From: Candidatus Electronema halotolerans
GTDB lineage: Bacteria > Desulfobacterota > Desulfobulbia > Desulfobulbales > Desulfobulbaceae
Assembly (NCBI GenBank): GCA_942493095.1
Contig: OW818675.1
Location: forward strand, 2,910,001 to 2,942,000
DNA: 32,000 nucleotides
Direction: 5' to 3'
A program made the position numbers and the translations under genes. This document shows, piece after piece, positions 26,465 through 32,000 of the stretch (within the stretch, counting starts at the first letter, position 1; each line of letters starts with the position of its first letter). Under the pieces are notes generated by a model. It saw nothing but the letters and a program-made list of their open reading frames with translations. It made no database searches and was not told the origin of the DNA.

Positions 26465-27352
26465 GGTAATGGTGAATCGTGAGTGATGGGTTGAAAATAT
26501 GTTGAAATTGATGGAAAATATAATATACTGGCGGCAAGGGATGCTCTCTGTCCCATCGGCTCTTCGTCGGATGCGCATGTCAAGCCGTCATTATGAAAAA
26601 AACAAACATGGAGAAGAAAGCTGTGCAATGCCCAAGATGTGGTTCATCAGTCATTGTGAAAAATGGCTCCAATGCGAATGGGAAAAAGAAATTTTTATGT
26701 AAGGACTGCTCACGTCAATTCGTTGAGAATCCTCAGAACAAAACAATATCTGATGCTGAATGGCGCATAGTTGATAAGCTTCTTGTTGAAAGAATCTCAT
26801 TGGCTGGGATTGCGAGAGCCGTTTCCATCTCAAAAAGATGGCTTCAGGAATATGTTAAAAAAAAACGAAATGAAGTCAAAAAAGAGGCTTTCAATATGTC
26901 CCGCAACGGAAAAATCTTCATCGAAGCCGATGAAATGTGGACTTTCGTTGGTGACAAGGAAAATGATATTTGGATATGGCTTGCTATCGAGAGAAGAACA
27001 AAGCTTATTGTCGGGTATCATGTTGGAAAAAGAGATAATGCAGGAGCAGCCGCCTTGTGGGACTCCCTTTCTGAAGATTGCAAAAAGAACGGAATATTTT
27101 TTACGGATGGACTCGCCGCTTATTCGAGCGTGTTTCCAGCTGAAAGGCATAGAATTGTCAGCAAAGGAAGCGGAAAAACAAGTCATATCGAAAGGCTCAA
27201 TTTGACATTCAGACAAAGATTGTCTGCACTTGTCAGAAAGACCATTTCATTTTCGAGAAGCATCGAAAATTTAACTGCATCTGTCTGGAGGTTCATTCAA
27301 GATTATAATAATAATCTTTTGTTTAATTGATCACTCACAGTTCACCATCACC
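26465..27352 (+). mobile_element. IS1-family insertion sequence, 888 bp, inserted in CRISPR repeat 20
   Basis: Imperfect TIRs GGTAATGGTGAATCGTGAGTGAT / GGTGATGGTGAACTGTGAGTGAT; 7-bp direct repeat GTGTGCT at 26458-26464 and 27353-27359; encodes an IS1-like transposase. Confidence 0.92.
26593..27330 (+). CDS. IS1-family transposase, single uninterrupted ORF
   Basis: N-terminal zinc ribbon CPRCGSSVIVKNG...FLCKDCSRQFV; HTH; DEMWTFVGDKENDIWIWLAIERRTKLIVGYHVG; GKTSHIERLNLTFRQRLSALVRKTISFS. Confidence 0.93.
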   Translation: MKKTNMEKKAVQCPRCGSSVIVKNGSNANGKKKFLCKDCSRQFVENPQNKTISDAEWRIVDKLLVERISLAGIARAVSISKRWLQEYVKKKRNEVKKEAFNMSRNGKIFIEADEMWTFVGDKENDIWIWLAIERRTKLIVGYHVGKRDNAGAAALWDSLSEDCKKNGIFFTDGLAAYSSVFPAERHRIVSKGSGKTSHIERLNLTFRQRLSALVRKTISFSRSIENLTASVWRFIQDYNNNLLFN

Positions 27353-27744
27353 GTGTGCTCAACGCCTTTCGGCATCAAAGATAGAATCACATGCTGCACC
27401 TGCGGGAAGCTGTACATGGAACCGGTGCTCAACGCCTTTCGGCATCAAAGATAGAATCACCGTTACAAGACGGCTAATCAAGTCTGCTGACTCAGGTGCT
27501 CAACGCCTTTCGGCATCAAAGATAGAATCACAAGCCCCAAGGCGCGTTTGTGAGAATAGTTATCAATTGCTCAACGCCTTTCGGCATCAAAGATAGAATC
27601 ACTTGGTTGACTGGATTAAAAATAACAGGTATTCTGTTTGCTCAACGCCTTTCGGCATCAAAGATAGAATCACAAAGGTAGAGGGCAACCGATCAAAGGA
27701 AAAAACTTTTGCTCAACGCCTTTCGGCATCAAAGATAGAATCAC

Positions 27745-28200
27745 AGCCCTTCCTGCAGCCCTCTGCTGACGGGCTGCGCAGCACGACAAATCAAGCTGGC
27801 CTGCTGTTCTGTTTCCGCTGCTTGCAAAACAAGCAATTCTTTCCACCCTCCTTTTGCTCAGGTTAATGATTTCAGATGAAAAAATCCACATTCAAGCACC
27901 TGCTGCCCCTGTCGGCGGTCAAAATCAGCCGCAGCCGCAGCACCTTGCCGCCGCTGCCTGCAACCGTGCTGATACTATCATGAATATCCATGAATTGGCA
28001 AGCGGATATTTATATCAGGCTGCTGAATTTTTGGTATTCTCCCTCTTGAGAATTGCTAAATAATTGTTTATCCTTCTGTGTCTGTCAACCTCTTTCTTAA
28101 AGAGCAGCATGGTTGTTATCGGGAAACAACACGCAACAGGGTGACGAGCAGCAATTCCTCCCGAAAAAAATTCATGCCGTCACACACCACAAGGCTTCGC
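27745..28200 (-). promoter_or_regulatory. Candidate CRISPR leader region (minus-strand transcription into the array)
   Basis: Non-coding-looking region on the side opposite the degenerate terminal repeat. Boundaries not defined from sequence alone. Confidence 0.35.
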
Positions 28201-28355
28201 GCTGAAGGTGATCAGCATTCAGCCTCTATGAATAGGCAGCAAGTTGGGTTACAATAAAAATCACAAAGCGACACTGACCACTTTCTACCGGGCGGCTCAC
28301 AGCTTGTCTGTCTGTCTGCCTGTTTGGATGAACACTGCCTGCCACAGGAGAAAAC

Positions 28356-28601
28356 ATGAATTCCCTTGCAACTGCTGCGACATTTTTCGGCTGGGCAACC
28401 CTGATCAACATTGTTTTGCTGCTGATTGCGGTGCTGGCCATAACATTTCTCCGCTGCCCAATAGCAAAAATTCACAGCAGGCTGTTGGGTATGAACGAGG
28501 CGGAGCTGGCTCCTCTGTATTTTCAGTATTTGGCCAATTACAAGCTCTTGGTCATCATCTTCAATCTGGTGCCGTATGTTGCCTTGAAGATTATGCTCTG
28601 A
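28356..28601 (+). CDS. Small two-TM protein (DUF6868-like)
   Basis: MNSLATAATFFGWATLINIVLLLIAVLAITFLRCPIAKIHSRLLGMNEAELAPLYFQYLANYKLLVIIFNLVPYVALKIML. Confidence 0.65.
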   Translation: MNSLATAATFFGWATLINIVLLLIAVLAITFLRCPIAKIHSRLLGMNEAELAPLYFQYLANYKLLVIIFNLVPYVALKIML

Positions 28602-28603
28602 CC

Positions 28604-29128
28604 ATGCTTGCTTATCTTAAAAGCAATCTGCTCGCAGGTTGCAGGATATGTCCTTTCAGTCAGAGGATAAATTTGTCTCTGCTGCTGCTGATCGGCTTTG
28701 CCTGCTTGGCAGCTGCGGTCGGCTTGAGCGGCAATCTCTTCCACTGGCAAATTTTAGATTCGGATATTGTCTATATCCTGCCGTTCTCCCTCTTCATTTT
28801 TCCCGTTTTCCTTGAAGAGGCATTTTTTCGCGGCATCCTGATCCCGAACAAAATCAAAGAAAAAGGCGGAAAAGCTGTTCTTGCGACAACGCTGTTCAGT
28901 GCCGCAGCCTTCACGCTCTGGCATCCGCTCAACGCGCTGACTGTGAATCCCGGCGCACAGGAACTGTTTCTCAATCCGCATTTTCTTTTCATCGTCTTCT
29001 GTCTGGGCATTACATGCAGTCTGTCGTACATCTTCTCCCAGTCGCTCTGGATGCCGATTTTCATTCATTGGCTCACCGTCCTGATCTGGGTTGTCTTTCT
29101 TGGCGGCAGAAATCTTGTTCTGGCATAA
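28604..29128 (+). CDS. CPBP family intramembrane metalloprotease (Abi/CAAX-like)
   Basis: FLEEAFFRGILIP (EExxxR) motif, SAAAFTLWHPLNAL and IFIHWLTVLIW motifs. Start re-set to the ATG 2 nt after the upstream gene stop. Confidence 0.8.
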   Translation: MLAYLKSNLLAGCRICPFSQRINLSLLLLIGFACLAAAVGLSGNLFHWQILDSDIVYILPFSLFIFPVFLEEAFFRGILIPNKIKEKGGKAVLATTLFSAAAFTLWHPLNALTVNPGAQELFLNPHFLFIVFCLGITCSLSYIFSQSLWMPIFIHWLTVLIWVVFLGGRNLVLA

Positions 29129-29162
29129 CGGTCTCACCTGACAAGCAACGGAAACTACTACA

Positions 29163-29657
29163 ATGAGCAAAATGATGAAATTGGTCCGCTGGCTCTGCTG
29201 TCTGCACTGGCTCCTGCCTGTCTCCGCCTCAGCCCAGACGTGGCAGGGCGAGGTGGTCAAAGTCTCGGACGGCGACACCCTGCATGTGCAGAAAGGCCGG
29301 GAAGTCGTCAAGGTGCGGCTCTACGGCGTTGACTGCCCGGAGAAACGGCAGAGCTTTGGCTCGCAGGCGACGCAGTTCACGCAGGAGTTTATTTTGCGCA
29401 AAAAGGCAACAGTGGAGACTGTTGACATTGACCGCTATGGCCGCACGGTCGGCTTGGTCAGCAGCGGGCGCAAATTGCTCAACCGGGAGCTGGTCCGGGC
29501 CGGTTATGCGTGGACCTATCCTGCCTACTGCAAAAAGCAGCCGCTCTGCAATGAATTGAGCGAGCTGGAGGAAAAGGCGCGGAAGCGGAAGGCGGGCCTC
29601 TGGCAGGAGAGAAAGCCGCTCCCGCCTTGGGAATGGCGGAAAAGGCAGCAGCGATGA
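29163..29657 (+). CDS. Secreted thermonuclease (SNase) family nuclease
   Basis: Signal peptide; GEVVKVSDGDTLHV, VRLYGVDCPEKRQSFG and VDIDRYGRTVGLV motifs. Confidence 0.93.
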   Translation: MSKMMKLVRWLCCLHWLLPVSASAQTWQGEVVKVSDGDTLHVQKGREVVKVRLYGVDCPEKRQSFGSQATQFTQEFILRKKATVETVDIDRYGRTVGLVSSGRKLLNRELVRAGYAWTYPAYCKKQPLCNELSELEEKARKRKAGLWQERKPLPPWEWRKRQQR

Positions 29658-30076
29658 ATGCCGCCAACCCGGCCCGGCTGGCTGATATTTTCACCTGCGC
29701 CCGCTGCGGCTTCTGCTGTCAGGGGGAAACCACGGTCTCGCTTGATCAGGATGATCAGGAGCGGATGATTCGTGCGCTCGGTCTGTCCCGGCAGGAGGTG
29801 GAGGAACAATACTGGCGCGTGACCGGCACGGTGGTGCAGATGAAAATAGTTGATCATCACTGCATTTTTTACAGCCCAGAAAGCGGCTGCACCATCCATG
29901 AGGGCCGTCCGTGGCGGTGCGGCCAGTGGCCTCTGCATCCAAGCATTCTGACCGATGAAAACAATTTCCGCACCATCCGCGAGTCCTGCCCCGGCATCAA
30001 CCAAGAGATCAGCTGGGAGCAGTTCTGCGCCGTGTTCAGACAGCTTTTAGAACAGGAAGGAAGGCTGCGCTGCTGA
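29654..30076 (+). CDS. YkgJ-like cysteine cluster protein
   Basis: CARCGFCCQG ... DHHCIFYSPESGCTIHEGRPWRCGQWP; ATGA overlap with the nuclease stop. Confidence 0.85.
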   Translation: MNAANPARLADIFTCARCGFCCQGETTVSLDQDDQERMIRALGLSRQEVEEQYWRVTGTVVQMKIVDHHCIFYSPESGCTIHEGRPWRCGQWPLHPSILTDENNFRTIRESCPGINQEISWEQFCAVFRQLLEQEGRLRC

Positions 30077-30231
30077 TCAGTTTGCTTTTGTTTGAAAAAA
30101 ATGATGCGTGACACGTGAAGACCGCCAGGATTTTTTTGTTTTTTCCTTGATATTTTTTGCATTTTGTTTTATGTTAAAAGTAGGTGGAGGTGTGGAAACT
30201 GGCAGTTGTTCTCAGTCAAAAGGAGATCAAG

Positions 30232-30678
30232 ATGTGGAAAAAAATGAGTGTCGCAATAGTGTTGGGGCTGTCCCTCAGCCCTTCGGCAGTCATGGCCACG
30301 ACTGAGCCGTTCAGTCCTTTTGCAGGTATTGTGGAAGGAATTGCTCAGAGCATGGCCGCTGGCAGCTATGCAAGCGAGTCAAATTATGACGGTGACACCA
30401 CCGGCAATGGTGCCCGCATGGCAGGCAACGTGATCATCGGCAGTGAAATGGACAGCCAGCAGCAGGTTGCGGTTGTTGAAGGCACAGTCAGTCTGACGAT
30501 GAACGGCAGCAGTGACACTGCTCAGGCGCTGAACTATAACAAGCATAATGGCGGCACAGAGCTGCCAGTGCTGATCATGCAGGGCGCAACCATCAGCGGG
30601 GGTGTTGAGATGGCTTCGTCCAACAGCCAAGGATCTGAGCAGGGCATCAATGTGGTGATCGGCGACAGCGGTCTGTAA
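30232..30678 (+). CDS. Small exported N/G/S/Q-rich protein with periodic pattern (paralog A)
   Basis: MWKKMSVAIVLGLSLSPSAVMA signal peptide; GNVIIGSEMDSQQQVAVVEGTVSLTMNGSSDTAQALNYNKHNGG...SSNSQGSEQGINVVIG. Confidence 0.7.
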   Translation: MWKKMSVAIVLGLSLSPSAVMATTEPFSPFAGIVEGIAQSMAAGSYASESNYDGDTTGNGARMAGNVIIGSEMDSQQQVAVVEGTVSLTMNGSSDTAQALNYNKHNGGTELPVLIMQGATISGGVEMASSNSQGSEQGINVVIGDSGL

Positions 30679-30798
30679 ATGCTTATGGCATGCAGGCTGG
30701 ATATTGCCGTTTCTGTCAGCACTGCGGCTGAAGACCTGAGTGCGGGTTGAGCAGGGAGGAGACTTGCGCCATATTCCGACTGTCAAAGGAGTCCGAGC

Positions 30799-31245
30799 AT
30801 GGAGGGAAAAATTTGTTTAATCATCATCTCTTTGGCAGGATTGGCCTTTGAGCTGCTGAGTCCTCTCAGAGCTGTGGCAGCGGACATGTCAGTGTTTGAT
30901 CAGTTTGCTGATGCGTTTGGCAGCGGTCTGTTTCAAGGCGTGATGATCAACAGCGAGTTGAGCTTGGAATCCAATTACAGCAGCGGTAATTTGCAGGGAA
31001 TAAACATTATCGCAGGCAATTACAATGTGAATGCTGTCCAGGTTGTGGCGGTGACAAGTGATGTTTCCCTCAGTCTCTCAGGGGGAGAAAATGCTGTGCA
31101 GGCCCTCAACATCTATCAGGGCAGCGCGGACGGAATAACTCAGATCGCTGTTATTGACGGTTCGGTGAGCATGACTTCATCCAACAGCAGTGGTGGAATT
31201 CAGGGCATCAATGTCATCACAGAGTCCTGCGATTCCTGCAATTGA
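30799..31245 (+). CDS. Small exported N/G/S/Q-rich protein with periodic pattern (paralog B)
   Basis: N-terminal hydrophobic signal; SNYSSGNLQGINIIAGNYNVNAVQVVAVTSDVSLSLSGGENAVQALNIYQG...SSNSSGGIQGINVI; clearly similar to paralog A. Confidence 0.75.
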   Translation: MEGKICLIIISLAGLAFELLSPLRAVAADMSVFDQFADAFGSGLFQGVMINSELSLESNYSSGNLQGINIIAGNYNVNAVQVVAVTSDVSLSLSGGENAVQALNIYQGSADGITQIAVIDGSVSMTSSNSSGGIQGINVITESCDSCN

Positions 31246-31589
31246 TGATTATGAAAAAACTGCTTTTTATTCTTGCAGTGGCTGTCTGCTCCTTCCCGCT
31301 TCAGCAGAGCCACGCGGATGACATCAGAATTGCCTCGATTCCAGATGTGAATGTGACTCCAAGTTTGGAGTCTGTTCTCAGGCAGAAAGACAGCATCCTC
31401 CAAGAAACACAGGAAACAACTGGACAGGAAGCGCAGATCAGCACGAACGGATATGTGCTGGATAACGGCAACATTGTGGTTGACAATCTTGCGGAGCCGA
31501 AATGCGTCTTTTATGGCAATTACAATGATGGCTCCGGCGATGCGTTTCAATATATTGACATTGACACCTTAGTGCTTAACTGCCAGTAA
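31242..31589 (+). CDS. Small exported hypothetical protein, translationally coupled to paralog B
   Basis: Signal peptide MKKLLFILAVAVCSFPLQQSHA; 4-nt ATGA overlap with the preceding gene. Confidence 0.65.
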   Translation: MMIMKKLLFILAVAVCSFPLQQSHADDIRIASIPDVNVTPSLESVLRQKDSILQETQETTGQEAQISTNGYVLDNGNIVVDNLAEPKCVFYGNYNDGSGDAFQYIDIDTLVLNCQ

Positions 31590-31654
31590 GTTCCTCCAAG
31601 CGGGAGCCGCAGTCTCATCTCTTTTTCTTCTTTCCTCCCACTCCCACAGCTCCG

Positions 31655-32000
31655 ATGAGAACAATTTCCGTTTTCGTTTAAGGCAGGAGTCAACTGTGTT
31701 TTGCCGGGCCAGCAGTCTGAAGATCACGACACCTTGCATCAAGGCGGCTTGGCTGACAGGCGCGGTTCTCCTCATGTTCGCCTTGGCTGGCTGTATCAAT
31801 ACCAGTGTCACGGCCCTATCCAACATCACTGCCGAAACCCCCCAGCCTGCTCTGACCAATCTCACTGAAACCTTGAAGTGCATGGGCGGGAAGATCAACC
31901 AGTCGGACATGAAAGGCATTCTCCTGCTGGTGGATGATTTTTATGACGGCACTGTTCCGGTGCTCTCGGAAAGCAGAGCGGCATTGCTCCGTCAGCCCAG
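31655..32000 (+). CDS. Partial lipoprotein-like ORF running off the window; possibly CsgG/HfaB-like
   Basis: ATG at 31655 opens MRTISVFVLRQESTV...AAWLTGAVLLMFALAGCINTSVTALSNITAETPQPALTNLTETLKCMGGKINQSDMKGILLLVDDFYDGTVPVL with a lipobox LAGC and no stop before 32000. Missing from the ORF track because it is incomplete. Confidence 0.6.

Larger units (their letters stand above)
24851..27744 (-). CRISPR. CRISPR array: 25 repeats of 36 nt and 24 spacers (about 34-38 nt), interrupted by three mobile elements; predicted transcription on the minus strand
   Basis: Plus-strand repeat GTGCTCAACGCCTTTCGGCATCAAAGATAGAATCAC recurs at 24923, 24994, 25064, 25134(split), 25332, 25403, 25475, 25547, 25621, 25692(split), 25892, 25964, 26034, 26106, 26177, 26247, 26318, 26389, 27355, 27425, 27496, 27567, 27638 and 27709. 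A degenerate copy lies at 24851. Orientation inferred from the GAAA hairpin and the degenerate repeat end. Confidence 0.98.

Noticed and set aside
26771-27205. Second transposase-region ORF suggesting an insA/insB frameshift arrangement
   Set aside because: The complete transposase reads in a single frame (26593-27330); this is an overlapping alternative frame.
24750-27866. Several ORFs with repeated peptide phrases such as CSTPFGIKDRIT and AQRLSASKIES
   Set aside because: These are translations of the CRISPR repeat in different frames, not repeat proteins.
27870-28063. Small ORF MISDEKIHIQAPAAPVGGQNQPQPQHLAAAACNRADTIMNIHELASGYLYQAAEFLVFSLLRIAK in the presumed leader region
   Set aside because: Start and composition are not convincing and no family is recognisable. 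It may be chance or a degraded gene, so it is not called.
28244-28603. N-terminal extension of the CPBP protease ORF from 28244
   Set aside because: It overlaps the 28356-28601 gene in another frame and is Cys/His/Arg-rich nonsense. The real start is most likely ATG 28604.

Overview
32 kb of mostly GC-rich bacterial chromosome that looks like a Desulfobulbales/deltaproteobacterial background (weak inference). The backbone carries nadD, a methyltransferase/ATP-grasp fusion coupled to an endonuclease V-type glycosylase, YjbQ, a DUF4105 protein, a DUF3015 protein, a universal stress protein, an MBL/diiron-like protein with a response regulator, a carbamoyltransferase-SxtJ-DUF5989 trio, citrate synthase, thpR, tRNA-Cys, rnc, a trypsin-like protease, a radical SAM protein, a Tat/ferredoxin/NrfD/tetraheme cytochrome module, tRNA-Lys and tRNA-Glu. 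The most striking region is a 25-repeat CRISPR array (24851-27744) with no cas genes in the window. It is interrupted three times. Two identical 126-bp MITE-like elements lie in opposite orientation at the only TA dinucleotide of two different repeats. An 888-bp IS1-family element lies 5 nt inside a third repeat. Repeat hairpin, terminal-repeat degeneracy and base-1 variants suggest transcription on the minus strand from a leader right of 27744. Other items of interest are an AT-rich TIR-domain gene (possible defence effector) next to a truncated coding remnant, and a cluster of small secreted proteins (30232-32000) with a periodic N/G/S/Q-rich pattern followed by a possible CsgG/HfaB-like lipoprotein.
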